Positions 9,621-19,451 of a stretch of DNA of 54,010 nucleotides are shown here, piece after piece. The translations under genes and the position numbers were made by a program. The notes under the pieces were generated by a model. It did no database searches. It was not told the origin of the DNA and saw only the letters and a list, made by a program, of their open reading frames with translations. Position 1 is the first letter of the stretch. Each line of letters opens with the position of its first letter. Source of the stretch: a virus (taxonomy: Duplodnaviria > Caudoviricetes); IMG/VR virus record IMGVR_UViG_3300028146_000003, positions 1 through 54,010 of that record. The stretch is one strand, 5' to 3'.

Positions 9621-10258
9621 AATGCAAACGCCATACTACCGAGCCCGTTGAACATGGACCCAAGCCCGCTGCCCTTGCTTTGCGCGTTCTTAGCTTGCGC
9701 TTGTGCGATATTCGATGTGGCACCGATCTGCGCCGTATCGACGCCGGCTTGTTGTCCCGTCGCCGTCTGCCCCACGCCAATCGCACTGAACATATTGCCG
9801 AGTGCGCTTTCGAGTTGGCCAAAGCCTTGCTGATTGCCTTGCAAATATTCGTTGTACGCCGTGTTTGCGCCTTGCGCCACAATGCCTTGATTGATGGTGC
9901 CGAGCGCGCGCTCATTGGCACCGGAAAGCAGACCGCCGCGAGCCGCAGCGCTGTTGTTCTGCGCTTGGTCCGCTTGCTGGAGTTGGTACTGTGCCGCTGG
10001 CGTATTCTGGTAGCCCGACATAAAAGTGTTGTAGTCTTGAACGTTTCCGGCTTTGCTTTGGATATTGTTGATGGCGCCCGTAGCAGTCGGCAAGAACGAC
10101 TGCCCGAACGTGTTGTACGGCGTCGATGCCGTCATGAAGGCGCCCGTCTCGTTGTTGACGGCATCCTGTCCTTTGCTCAGATCGTTAGCCCCTATCTGAG
10201 CGCCGATGACTGCCCCAAGGCCACCGCCGAAGCCGACTGGGTTTGCTGCTACCGTCAT
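9617..10258 (-). CDS. DNA ejection/pilot protein (P22 gp7-like)
   Basis: Gly/Ala-rich N-terminus; PY...G, YQLQQ...SAAARGGLLSGANERAL; Gln/Asn-rich. Confidence 0.7.
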   Translation of the reverse strand: MTVAANPVGFGGGLGAVIGAQIGANDLSKGQDAVNNETGAFMTASTPYNTFGQSFLPTATGAINNIQSKAGNVQDYNTFMSGYQNTPAAQYQLQQADQAQNNSAAARGGLLSGANERALGTINQGIVAQGANTAYNEYLQGNQQGFGQLESALGNMFSAIGVGQTATGQQAGVDTAQIGATSNIAQAQAKNAQSKGSGLGSMFNGLGSMAFAF

Positions 10259-10473
10259 TTGCAAGGGCCTTGCATTGGTCGCGGGCGGTAAACGCCCAAT
10301 ATCTGGCCGCCCCATTCGCCAACTACGCGCGCCCTATACGACGCAAGCCACGCCACCGGCACCCTGACGCAAGTAGCGCAGCGATGCCCAGGGCCGATCC
10401 ATAGCACCCGAACTTCTTCCACGTCACTAGACCCCTTGCATTATGTCATACATTCGGCTAGAGCATAGCACCA

Positions 10474-10677
10474 ATGGGCACAGAACGAAAGACCGTCATG
10501 ATCTCGGGGAGGCTGCCTGCGGCCCTCGTGGAGCGTCTGGATTACGTCACCCGGAACATCGATAGTGAGACCATCAAGAACCGCTCTGCGGCGCTCCGAG
10601 AGGCCCTGGAGTCGTGGCTGCCGGGGCGTGAAGACCGACTTAGGGAGCTAGGCGTCCTTGCCAAGAAAACCCGCTAA
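10474..10677 (+). CDS. Ribbon-helix-helix (CopG/Arc-like) regulator
   Basis: TVMISGRLPAALVERLD...NRSAALREALE. Confidence 0.8.
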   Translation: MGTERKTVMISGRLPAALVERLDYVTRNIDSETIKNRSAALREALESWLPGREDRLRELGVLAKKTR

Positions 10678-11047
10678 AAAGGCCGCCCGCAAGCCGCAGG
10701 AGGCCAAGGGGCCGTCCGAAAACGAGATCCACGTAAAGGCGTGGGCTTGGGTCCAGAAAGCCCATCCCGAGCTGCTGATCTTCCATGTCGCCAACGAGCG
10801 CAAGGCGCACGTCCAGTACCATGTCAAGATGAAACGCAAAGGCGTGCTGGCCGGCGTGGCGGACTTCCTTGCGTTCCCGGTTAACGGCCGCAAGTTCGCA
10901 ATTGAGTTGAAAGACGGCAAGGGCGTGCAGGACGCAGATCAGCTCAAATTTCAACATCGTTGGGAGCGCGCGGGCGGCGTGTACTTTGTTGTCCGTACGC
11001 TGGAGGATTTCAAAGTCACTGTAGATTGCGCTGTGCTGTTCGGCTAA
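10658..11047 (+). CDS. VRR-NUC domain nuclease
   Basis: SENEIH, FHVANE, GVLAGVADF, IELK...Q..F. Confidence 0.85.
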   Translation: MPRKPAKKAARKPQEAKGPSENEIHVKAWAWVQKAHPELLIFHVANERKAHVQYHVKMKRKGVLAGVADFLAFPVNGRKFAIELKDGKGVQDADQLKFQHRWERAGGVYFVVRTLEDFKVTVDCAVLFG

Positions 11048-11484
11048 GCAATCGCGACCCACGCCCCTCCGACCTTGCCGTACAGCCGCGTACCGGCGCC
11101 GCCCGTGTTGTTGATATACAAATCGCCATTGTTGCCAAGCCCTACCGCCGGGACCCCGGTGCCATTCAGTATTTGATTGCGAGCTTGCAGCGCCGTAATG
11201 GCGGCGGCGTTCGCTGCTATGGCAGCAGTATTCGCCGCAATGCTTGCTGTGTTAGCCGCAATGTTGGTCGTGTTGGTCGCAACTTCCGTCGTCAGCGTGG
11301 CAACTTCCGTGGCCAACGTAGCGACCTGGGCAAAAAGCGCCGTTAAGCCGGCAACACTGCCGGGGTCGATCGTGCCCCCACTATTCAGGATAGACTGAAT
11401 CTCAAGAAGCCATCGATTTAGCTGCTGGCCAAAGCCACCAAACGACACAGGAAGTTGCGGCGGGGGCGGAAGTTTGAGCGTCAT
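11044..11484 (-). CDS. Tail needle/short fibre-like trimeric coiled-coil protein (P22 gp26-like)
   Basis: Heptads VATLATE/VATLTTE/VATNTTN/IAANTAS/IAANTAA; C-terminal GTGVP..GNNGDLYIN knob. Confidence 0.65.
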   Translation of the reverse strand: MTLKLPPPPQLPVSFGGFGQQLNRWLLEIQSILNSGGTIDPGSVAGLTALFAQVATLATEVATLTTEVATNTTNIAANTASIAANTAAIAANAAAITALQARNQILNGTGVPAVGLGNNGDLYINNTGGAGTRLYGKVGGAWVAIA

Positions 11485-11501
11485 CTACACGTGACTTTCC
11501 A

Positions 11502-12950
11502 CTACGTACCCGGCGACACGTCTGCGAAAAACTCATCTATCGTGAACGGCGCTTGCGTGCCGCCGTACCGCAAGCGGAATTGCTGCCGGCGACCCGAACC
11601 AAAATTACGTCCGATCGCGCGCCGCGTTCCGGGTTGCGGCATCAGGATCTGTCGTAAACCACGCCATGTAGCGCCTTTATCCGCAGACCAGTCGAGTTGG
11701 AAAGTCCCTGCTGACGGACCCATGGAAGACGTTACATCAATCGAATTGAAAGTACTGCGTGTCTGCTCGTCGCTAAGCCATGGCGTTATGATCGTACGCT
11801 GCAGCGTGCCGGCCGGCTCCGTGCTGTCGTTTATGTTCACGGTACAAATCTGGCCGGTATCCAGCCCGACGTACGTAATGCCGCCGCTGAACTCTGTGGC
11901 GCAGCGGCCCGCATGATCGAGACGCCCGCCCGGCGTCTGCCGGTAGGACCACACGCCAGTCGAACCGCATAGCTCCAGTGTCCACTGGCCCGGCAGTGTC
12001 AGCACGTAGAAATCGCCGCCACCTTGTCCGTATGCGTATGCTGTCAAGGTCGCCAATGTCACCGCTGAGAGTTGCTGTAAAAGCAAATCAACCCATGCCG
12101 GCGAAATAGGTTGGCCCGTCTGTCCGGTACAAAGCCAGATGCGCCGATCGGTGCCTACGAACATGATTATGTCGCGCAACACTGCGAGCGATAGGCGCGC
12201 GGCCAGCCCCACGGAATAGAGCGAGTTCGGGTAGGCCGTGAACGCGAAGTCGGTTTGGCCACCTGGATCGTACCACTGTTCGAGCGAGCGGGAACCCAAA
12301 GGCCACAGCACTAGCCCCGACACCGCCAAATCAACGACGCGATCGGCGCGGGCTTCCTTCGTTGCAAAACTGTTCGGCAGCACGTTGGCGGGGGCCAGCG
12401 GCTGCGAGCTGTACATCTTGGCGTCTTGCTGAGCGTAGAAATTAGACGCAGCGGACCACACCGCTATGTTGTTCAACTCCGCGACGGCGGCCGGGTCGAA
12501 ATTAATGCTGGCGTCAAAGCCGGCATTGACGACACCAGTTGCCGGCGTCATTACCGCCGTGTACGCCGTGCCGGCTTCTGCTGCGTTGTTGGCGTTCGCA
12601 TTCGACGCGATGGCAAGCGCGGTGCGGTCTTCGGCAAAGCGGATGACGGGCTGCTGTGCATTTACGGCGACAAAGCCCGCCAGCACGGGCGCATTGGTCT
12701 GCACGTTGTAGTAAATCGATCCGTCTGCGTGGCCGCTCCACACCGTTCGCAGAGCTTGCCCGATAGTGATGCACGGCGCGGCCGTTGGCTGGCAAACTTG
12801 TGTGAGTCCCGGTGCGCCGACAAGACGGGCTTTGCCGGGCTTGCCTTCCTTTTGATCGCGCGGCACAACGCGCACATTTACGAGTTTCCCGGCGCCTTCA
12901 TCCAGGTTCAGAGGATCTTGAAACGAGCCGAGTATGTCGATTACGCCCAT
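11502..12950 (-). CDS. Tail hub / packaged-DNA stabilisation protein (P22 gp10-like)
   Basis: 482 aa; LVGAPGL, EARAD, LGSRSLEQW, LDWSADKGATW, GSGRRQQFRL. Confidence 0.8.
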   Translation of the reverse strand: MGVIDILGSFQDPLNLDEGAGKLVNVRVVPRDQKEGKPGKARLVGAPGLTQVCQPTAAPCITIGQALRTVWSGHADGSIYYNVQTNAPVLAGFVAVNAQQPVIRFAEDRTALAIASNANANNAAEAGTAYTAVMTPATGVVNAGFDASINFDPAAVAELNNIAVWSAASNFYAQQDAKMYSSQPLAPANVLPNSFATKEARADRVVDLAVSGLVLWPLGSRSLEQWYDPGGQTDFAFTAYPNSLYSVGLAARLSLAVLRDIIMFVGTDRRIWLCTGQTGQPISPAWVDLLLQQLSAVTLATLTAYAYGQGGGDFYVLTLPGQWTLELCGSTGVWSYRQTPGGRLDHAGRCATEFSGGITYVGLDTGQICTVNINDSTEPAGTLQRTIITPWLSDEQTRSTFNSIDVTSSMGPSAGTFQLDWSADKGATWRGLRQILMPQPGTRRAIGRNFGSGRRQQFRLRYGGTQAPFTIDEFFADVSPGT

Positions 12951-12951
12951 G

Positions 12952-13212
12952 CTAATCTATGCTTGCCAAGTCGTGCAGGGACAGACTTAGCATCCCAATG
13001 CGCTCTATCGACGTTGCATTGCAGTAGGCGGTTAGCGTGCTGAACTTGTCCCCGGTGCTCTCATGCAGGACCAGCACGGCTTTATGAGCAGGCCGCGCCT
13101 CGCCGCTTTCCAGCATGTTGGCGCGCTCGCGCAACCACGCGATTACCTTAGCCGTGGCGTCGGCACCCTGTACGGCAGCTTCGCCTCTCAGTTTAACCAC
13201 GTTGTCACTCAC
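12952..13212 (-). CDS. Hypothetical protein
   Basis: GTG start with a GAGG RBS, in the structural operon. Confidence 0.6.
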   Translation of the reverse strand: MSDNVVKLRGEAAVQGADATAKVIAWLRERANMLESGEARPAHKAVLVLHESTGDKFSTLTAYCNATSIERIGMLSLSLHDLASID

Positions 13213-13213
13213 G

Positions 13214-13897
13214 TCAGTTCCTCACAAACCGGAGCCATTGCTGCCCGCGTGCATAGTCCCGCCACCGCGCGTTGACGCGTTCGGCATCCATAACTATGGG
13301 GTCCGTAGGGCTCAGTACCCGCCCGTATGAGCCCATGATTCGGCGCCCCAGCAACAGCGTTGCGTCATGGATTCCTTCCGGTGGAAGCGCAACCACGTCG
13401 CTACCATCCGGTGCGGAAATCAACGCGAGTCGGCCGCCGTACTCGATCAGCGCATTCGATGGCGCGCGGGGAGGCTGCCACGCGGTGATCAGCACGGAGC
13501 CATCAGTCTGCCGCTCTTGGTGCCATTTGGTGACAATGCCGGGATACGTCGTACGCACGCAATCCGCGATTGGCGCCATGCGCGTCTCGCGGTTGACGGT
13601 CAAATTTATATCGTTCATCCAAAGGGCGCGCACGGCCACCGCGTCAACCTGCACCAGATAGCTGGGGTTACCGTTGCCGACGACAAACGTGTAAATCTGC
13701 CCGTTCGTGCCGAGCGGCATCGTGAACGCGAGGCGTTTGATGAGGTACTGACACGCGCCATCCGCTTGCTCGGCACGGAGCAAGTCATTCAGGATCGTGA
13801 CGTTGTTCGATATGTCCGTGGCCGATGGGGCTTCGGTTTGGTCCGTGATACCGAACAGGTGCAGTGCGCTGGTGATGATTTGGGCAGCAGTCGTCAT
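13214..13897 (-). CDS. Head-to-tail adaptor (P22 gp4-like)
   Basis: MTTAAQIITSALHLFG...LNDLL N-terminus; LPPEG...L near the C-terminus; upstream of the gp10-like gene. Confidence 0.7.
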   Translation of the reverse strand: MTTAAQIITSALHLFGITDQTEAPSATDISNNVTILNDLLRAEQADGACQYLIKRLAFTMPLGTNGQIYTFVVGNGNPSYLVQVDAVAVRALWMNDINLTVNRETRMAPIADCVRTTYPGIVTKWHQERQTDGSVLITAWQPPRAPSNALIEYGGRLALISAPDGSDVVALPPEGIHDATLLLGRRIMGSYGRVLSPTDPIVMDAERVNARWRDYARGQQWLRFVRN

Positions 13898-13898
13898 G

Positions 13899-14528
13899 TC
13901 AAACCTGCTTCACGGCAGCCCACGGCGGCGACCACAGTTGATCGTTCGGAAAATCCGGGTCCGTCTTGGTGACATTCGCCAGCTCGGTAGCTTCATCCGG
14001 CGGCGTCACCGTACGAACGGAATTGCTCGGCAGGAACGTGCCATCGTACTCTTGTGGCACGATCGTCGTTAGGTTGAACACCTTGCTCGATAGCGGCGCA
14101 TTCGGCCCCATGAACGCCGCCGACTTCCCAAGGCTGGCATAGTAGGGGACCGAGTTTAGCAGCTTGGCGAGCCGCGTGGCGTCGTCCGGCGCGGCCTTGG
14201 GGGCGGCGGCGAAAACCGCCGTGGTGCCCTCCACAGGGCCACTGCCCCAGATGGCATCGAGATTCCAGCGCAGCGGCAACGGTTCCGGGGGTGGCTCGAT
14301 CGACTTATCGGGGAAGGCTTGGAAATCGTACACAGCCGGCCACGGGTCCCAGCAAGGGCGCGTGGCGCGTCCGCTGGCCTTGGAACATACAAGCAGCCCC
14401 GTCAGGCGCTCACGCTTCAGCGTCGAATACAGGACGCGGGCATTACACCGCGAGCACGCACCCCACGTAGCGAAGGACGGAAATTTCGGGACGCCCGTAT
14501 GGCGCGGCGCTGTCATGTCCCACACCAT
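13899..14528 (-). CDS. Structural-region protein with an N-terminal Cys motif
   Basis: CSRC...LKRERLTGLLVC...CWDP. Confidence 0.6.
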   Translation of the reverse strand: MVWDMTAPRHTGVPKFPSFATWGACSRCNARVLYSTLKRERLTGLLVCSKASGRATRPCWDPWPAVYDFQAFPDKSIEPPPEPLPLRWNLDAIWGSGPVEGTTAVFAAAPKAAPDDATRLAKLLNSVPYYASLGKSAAFMGPNAPLSSKVFNLTTIVPQEYDGTFLPSNSVRTVTPPDEATELANVTKTDPDFPNDQLWSPPWAAVKQV

Positions 14529-15298
14529 CCGGCTTCGCAGCCCGAAGAGCCGTTGCCGTCGTCAAGTTCGAATTTGCCATGCCCGGCTTCCGCCCACCGT
14601 ACGATTTCTTTAATGCCGGTCGCGCCCATGTAGCGGTACGGGCGGAACATCGTGCGCGGGTTGCCCTTCGACGTGTAGCCCATACTGATTTCAATGTCGT
14701 TAATTCTGTCAACACGAGCCGGGTCTTTTGACAACTCAATAATATCGCCCCGGTTAGAATTGATGCAAGGAAAGCACTCCATCGAACGATGTGGCAAAAC
14801 GTCAAACCCAGCGCGAATGATAAGTGCGTCCCGTTCGGCTTCCTGCACGGCGGCCAGCGGTGCCCACACCCCGCGACCGTCCGCGCCAATAGACCACTCA
14901 GGAAACGACGCGCGGTTTTTGCTCTCTTCGCGGCGCACCCCAATCACGATCGACGAGCGTGATTGTGGATCATGCTCGTTAAGCCACGCTTCAGTCGGAG
15001 CCATTTTCAGTTCAGATGTACAGAACTGAATACCTTGACGGGGCCAAGATTTCTTTTTTCGAACAAGCGCCTCCAGGCCGATGCTGGCTGTTCGGTGCGG
15101 GTCAAACCCGTACGACCTTGCCAGCGCCTCCCCGCGCGCCACTCTGTCAGGCCATTCGTCGGAAGCCCATCCGGTGTCGTTATACAGAACCGCCACGCGG
15201 GGGCCGCTGGACCAGCCAGCAGGGCTTTCGCGCATCCATTGGATCAGCGCAATGCTGTCGTTGCCGTACGATGCTTTTATGACGAAATCGTATGCCAT
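14513..15298 (-). CDS. PAPS reductase-family (adenine nucleotide alpha-hydrolase) protein
   Basis: SYGNDS PP-loop variant, NDTGW, FCTSELK, IGVRREESKNR, ECFPC. Confidence 0.85.
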   Translation of the reverse strand: MAYDFVIKASYGNDSIALIQWMRESPAGWSSGPRVAVLYNDTGWASDEWPDRVARGEALARSYGFDPHRTASIGLEALVRKKKSWPRQGIQFCTSELKMAPTEAWLNEHDPQSRSSIVIGVRREESKNRASFPEWSIGADGRGVWAPLAAVQEAERDALIIRAGFDVLPHRSMECFPCINSNRGDIIELSKDPARVDRINDIEISMGYTSKGNPRTMFRPYRYMGATGIKEIVRWAEAGHGKFELDDGNGSSGCEAGWCGT

Positions 15299-15330
15299 GG
15301 GCGGACTGTATCACACGCGTCTCGCCAATG

Positions 15331-15360
15331 AAAGAGGCCGCCCCCGTAAGGTGGCGGCCT
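15331..15360 (-). terminator. Rho-independent terminator after the major capsid gene
   Basis: Minus strand AGGCCGCC...GGCGGCCT stem followed by CTTT. Confidence 0.7.
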
Positions 15361-15394
15361 AAGTTTACTGTCCTGGGAGGGACTCCGTAAAGTG

Positions 15395-16327
15395 CTACGC
15401 GTTATCCGCGCCTGGGCTGACGTACACGGTCCGCCAGTCCACGATGGAAGCGGCACACCGGAACCACAGCGCCATGAGCTTCGCCTGATTGCTCCAGTTG
15501 CTGTCTTCGCGCATTTCCAGCGCAGACCGCTCCCAGAACGTGAAGCCCTGGCCGTTGTCCTTGTCCTGCTCGGAAGTCTGGATGAAATAGTTGTCCTTGT
15601 CCACGAGATATGGAGTCTCGACTACTTCGGGGAGCGCGCCGGTGGACCGCAGCACGTTGATATTGTTCGTCTGCGCATTCCACTGCAATGGCGATCCGAG
15701 AATGCGCCGGGTCTCCGGGCCGCTTTCCGGCGACAGAATCACGCGACGCGGCAGTTCGTTGATGATGAAGCCACGGCCGTTGCGCGTGTACGAGATCTGA
15801 ATGACGGCATTTTCGAACGCCAGTTCCGACACGTTGGCGGAAACGAGCAAATTGCTTTGCAGGCCGGAAGCTGTGGGGTGGCTCGCGGAGCCGAGCGGCA
15901 CGCCATCGGCGCGAAGGCCGTTCACGGCATCGACGGCGACCTGCAGCGGCGCATGGGCAATGTACTCTTCGGTCTGCCGGGCGCTGAACGCCAGTTCCTT
16001 CATCATGCGGGCGCCGACATCTTCGTACAGGTTGTCGTCTTCGGCTTCCCGCGAGATCGCGACGGCGAGGCCGTACGATGCGTGCGTGACCTGGGTGCGG
16101 TAACCTTCGTTCGGCACGTCGAATTGAACGGGCTCCAGTTCCGGCTGCTGTACGGCGAGGCCCAAGCCGGCGCGTTCGGTCATGAACTCTTCGAACGCTT
16201 TTTCCGAGGGCTTGGTGTCGAAAAACTGCGTGTAGATCGGCATCAGCCGTTCGTAATCGAGTCCGAAAAGGGCGTACAGGCCCGGCCAATATTGCGAAGG
16301 CATCAAACTGCGATCGATGACCTGCAC
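15395..16327 (-). CDS. Major capsid protein
   Basis: PGLYALFGLDY, SEKAFEE, ISREAEDDNLY, DGVPLGSASHP, SPGA: a motif set I recognise from uncultured podovirus capsids; GGAG RBS and its own terminator. Confidence 0.85.
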   Translation of the reverse strand: MQVIDRSLMPSQYWPGLYALFGLDYERLMPIYTQFFDTKPSEKAFEEFMTERAGLGLAVQQPELEPVQFDVPNEGYRTQVTHASYGLAVAISREAEDDNLYEDVGARMMKELAFSARQTEEYIAHAPLQVAVDAVNGLRADGVPLGSASHPTASGLQSNLLVSANVSELAFENAVIQISYTRNGRGFIINELPRRVILSPESGPETRRILGSPLQWNAQTNNINVLRSTGALPEVVETPYLVDKDNYFIQTSEQDKDNGQGFTFWERSALEMREDSNWSNQAKLMALWFRCAASIVDWRTVYVSPGADNA

Positions 16328-16346
16328 GTCAATCTCCGTACGTTGC

Positions 16347-16401
16347 GGCCTTACGCAAAGGCCAGTTGACTTTTAACGTAAAGGCCAGTACATAAGGCCA
16401 G
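16347..16401. promoter_or_regulatory. Divergent promoter region with three AAGGCCAG direct repeats
   Basis: AAGGCCAG at 16358, 16381 and 16394; inverted GGCCTT at 16347; TTGACT-N17-TACATA at 16366-16394. Confidence 0.55.
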
Positions 16402-16427
16402 CCCGAACCCCGTATTTAGAGACTATC

Positions 16428-16937
16428 ATGCGTCACGGAAAAGTCAAAACATGTAGTAAGTGCGGCCAGCCTAGAGAACTAGTCATACATCGAACGATTT
16501 GCCACGACTGCAATTTGAAAAGAAAGCGCGACGTATCGGCCAAAGCACTCTTACTGCCCGAAAACACTGCGTTGAATCGCAAAAGAACTGCGGCGTACAG
16601 GCAGACACCACGCGGACGCGCCGGCCTCCTAATCTGGTTCGCCGCGAAACGCGCGAAAGCGTCACAGCGCGAATTTTCATTGGACGTACAAAACATAGCC
16701 GATCGCATCGCTAAAGGCCGTTGCGAAGTGACAGGGCTCGCGTTCGATATGTCACCCGGACCTGACAAACACCACGCGAACCCGTGGGCGCCTTCGCTAG
16801 ACCGTCGCGATAGTGCAGGAGGGTACACGACTGAGAACGTGCAGGTAGTCTGTGCGGCGTATAACTACGCCAAGTCTGAATGGTCCGCTGACGTGCTTTT
16901 GCGGCTCGCGCGTGCTATCGTTGACACACACCGCTGA
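16428..16937 (+). CDS. HNH-like free-standing endonuclease
   Basis: N-terminal CxxC...CxxC; RCEVTGLAF...PSLDRRDSAGGYTTENVQVVC..N.AK. Confidence 0.75.
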   Translation: MRHGKVKTCSKCGQPRELVIHRTICHDCNLKRKRDVSAKALLLPENTALNRKRTAAYRQTPRGRAGLLIWFAAKRAKASQREFSLDVQNIADRIAKGRCEVTGLAFDMSPGPDKHHANPWAPSLDRRDSAGGYTTENVQVVCAAYNYAKSEWSADVLLRLARAIVDTHR

Positions 16938-16956
16938 TTGTCATACAAGGGGCACC

Positions 16957-18894
16957 ATGCGCGATCTTCCCGTCTTAAAGCTCAATCTGAAACAGCCGCA
17001 GGATTTCGGCAACGTCGCCGAGAAACTGAGCCCGGATGAGCGCCGTACACTCGCGGCCGACACTATCGAGCTGATCGGCATCGATGAGCAGTCGATGTCG
17101 GATTGGCTTGGGAAGGCCAGAGGCTATCTCGACAAAATCGAGAATGACCAAGACGACAACCCGAACGATCGCGAGCAAGAGGGCGCCGGGGAAGAGCCGC
17201 CGCCCAAAACCGAAATGACGCTCTCTGCCGTTATTCAGTTTTCAGCCCGCGCTACCGATGCGCTGTTAGGCGAGCCCGACTTGGCACGCGCCAGCGAGCC
17301 CGGCAGCGAAGACCTTGCGGCGTGGGTGTCCAGTCAACTCCGTACAAAAGACCCCAACTGGACCTTGGACACGGACCCGCTGATCATTCACATGTCGGTC
17401 ACGGGCCTGAGTTGGCGCAAGCGCGACTTTGACGATGAAGACCGCGTGTTCCATTCAGCCTTCCGTCCGTGTACGCACGTCATCGTAAACAACAGCATCC
17501 GTTCCATAGAGCGCGCACCGCGCATAACGGATATGTTTGAGCGCTACCCGTATGAGATCGATCGCTTGATTGAGCGCAAAAAGTGGGTTGATTACGAGCC
17601 CCGGTACGATGACGATCGCGACCCGCAAGCGGTGAAGCATTTCTACGACACGGACTTGTGGCTCGATCTCGACGGCGACGGCATAGACGAGCCGTGGAGC
17701 ATCGTTATCGCCCGCGACGATACGCCGGAAGTCGTGCGGATAAAGCCGCGCTGGTCCGCCAAGACCGTTGTTGATACCGATGAAGTTCTGTTTTTCAACC
17801 CGATTCGCCGCTTCTATCCGTATCGATTCTTACCGGACCCGAAGGGCACTTTCCTGCCAATGGGATTCGGCAAGCTGCTGGACCGTACGGAAAGTTCTGC
17901 CGATCGCCTCTTAGGGTCCATCGTAGAAACCGCCAAGAGCGAAAGCGAAAACGGCGGCGTGTTTGCCGGCGGCGGCTTTGGACTGCCCGACAAGATCGAG
18001 CTGAAAAACAACCGCATCGCTACGGTCAACACGGATGGCGCCCCGCTCGCTAACAAGTTTTCCGCGTTTCCCGTCAAATCAGTTTCGCCGGGCTCCGTTG
18101 CAACGCTCGAAAAGCTGATGACGCTTGGCGATCGGCTTGCCGGTACGCTGAACCTCTTAGAGAACGCGCCATCGTCCATGACCGCCACCATGGCGAAGGG
18201 CATCATAGACACCGGCACGCAAGTTCAATCCGCCGTGCATCGCCGGCTTGTGGCGTCCATGACGCAAGAGTTCCGCATGTTCGTTCAGATGGCGGATGCC
18301 TACGATACGCTACCCGAAAGCATTTTGGCATCCAGCAAGGACGGCATCGCGGTTACGGCCGACCCGTCGTTGGCAACCGAGATGCAGCGTACGGCGCTGG
18401 CCGGCATCTACATGGAGTTGATGAAAGACCCCATGACGAAGTGGGATGAGTGCCGCTTGCGTCTGTACCGCACGCTGCGCCTCCCGGACCCGGAAAAGCT
18501 GCTAGGCTCGCCCCCGCAACAACCGCAACTCACGCCCGACGAAAAGATGAAGGGCATGATCGGGATGGGTAAGCTGCAAATCGAGCAGATGAAAGCCAAG
18601 GCCCAGACCGCCATGCAATTGACCCAGGCATTGCTAAACATGGTCGAAGCCAGCGGCGGAATGCTTGACAACCGCGCGGCGTTGCTGAATATGGCGCAGA
18701 TGGAGCAAACCGTACAAGAGCTGATGGCGGGCGCGAACAATGCAGACGGCATCCTTAACGGAATGGCTCAGCAGCCCGGAAACCAGAGCCCTGGTAACGT
18801 ATCTCAAGTTTCGCCAGGCGCCAACGGTGGCGGCGTTCCTCCGGGGGCAGGAAATCCAGCCAGCGGCTCAGGGGCTGGCGGCGGGCTTCAGTGA
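16957..18894 (+). CDS. Portal protein
   Basis: 645 aa; IQFSARA, DLDGDGIDEP, GFGKLL, SAVHRRL, ADP; Gln/Gly-rich tail. Confidence 0.85.
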   Translation: MRDLPVLKLNLKQPQDFGNVAEKLSPDERRTLAADTIELIGIDEQSMSDWLGKARGYLDKIENDQDDNPNDREQEGAGEEPPPKTEMTLSAVIQFSARATDALLGEPDLARASEPGSEDLAAWVSSQLRTKDPNWTLDTDPLIIHMSVTGLSWRKRDFDDEDRVFHSAFRPCTHVIVNNSIRSIERAPRITDMFERYPYEIDRLIERKKWVDYEPRYDDDRDPQAVKHFYDTDLWLDLDGDGIDEPWSIVIARDDTPEVVRIKPRWSAKTVVDTDEVLFFNPIRRFYPYRFLPDPKGTFLPMGFGKLLDRTESSADRLLGSIVETAKSESENGGVFAGGGFGLPDKIELKNNRIATVNTDGAPLANKFSAFPVKSVSPGSVATLEKLMTLGDRLAGTLNLLENAPSSMTATMAKGIIDTGTQVQSAVHRRLVASMTQEFRMFVQMADAYDTLPESILASSKDGIAVTADPSLATEMQRTALAGIYMELMKDPMTKWDECRLRLYRTLRLPDPEKLLGSPPQQPQLTPDEKMKGMIGMGKLQIEQMKAKAQTAMQLTQALLNMVEASGGMLDNRAALLNMAQMEQTVQELMAGANNADGILNGMAQQPGNQSPGNVSQVSPGANGGGVPPGAGNPASGSGAGGGLQ

Positions 18895-18988
18895 GATCGT
18901 ACGGCTTCTGGAGCAGTCACCGGAAAAGATCGTAGAAATTTTCACCAACGCAGCGAAAGAACTGAATGAGCAACGTCGGAGTCCATGA
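18740..18988 (+). CDS. Hypothetical protein overlapping the portal C-terminal tail
   Basis: EWLSSPETRALVTYL helical protein between portal and GroES. Confidence 0.6.
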   Translation: MQTASLTEWLSSPETRALVTYLKFRQAPTVAAFLRGQEIQPAAQGLAAGFSEIVRLLEQSPEKIVEIFTNAAKELNEQRRSP

Positions 18989-19451
18989 TTTCGCCATCCC
19001 GCACGGCGACGTAAAGCCGACGCGAGATATGGTTATCGTACGGCTGCCGGTGCCGCCGAAGATGGTAGGCAGCATACAGATTCCCGACATCTATCGGGAC
19101 ATGGCGCAGCACAACGTCATGGTCGGGCGTGTCGTTGCTATGGGGCCGCTTGCGTTCGTTTACAAAGACGCGGAAGGGGGCTTGGCCCGGCAAGCCGTGA
19201 ACGTCGGCGATTGGGTTATCTTCCGACCGTACGCCGGGACGCAAACGATGGGCGGCAGGGTTTCGGGCGCCGGAAACTGGCGCTATCTGTCCAGCTTCCA
19301 AGACGTGATCGGCTTGGTGCCCGCCGACAAGATGCCCAATCCGTCAACGCTGTTGTGGGATGAAGAGGACGCGCCGAAAAAGCCCCCAGCGCACAGACCG
19401 GAAGACTTCGGCGGCGTGCCTCGTGAAAAGGTGATCCATGCCCGATCTTAA
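18966..19451 (+). CDS. groES: Co-chaperonin GroES-like protein
   Basis: VKPTRDMVIV, GSIQIPD, GRVVAMGPLAF, VGDWVIFRPYAG, DVIG. Confidence 0.82.
   Translation: MSNVGVHDFAIPHGDVKPTRDMVIVRLPVPPKMVGSIQIPDIYRDMAQHNVMVGRVVAMGPLAFVYKDAEGGLARQAVNVGDWVIFRPYAGTQTMGGRVSGAGNWRYLSSFQDVIGLVPADKMPNPSTLLWDEEDAPKKPPAHRPEDFGGVPREKVIHARS

Noticed and set aside
14513-15298. Complete Dnd/Ssp phosphorothioation system
   Set aside because: Only the PAPS-reductase-like gene is present; no cysteine desulfurase, DndD or DndE partners were recognised.
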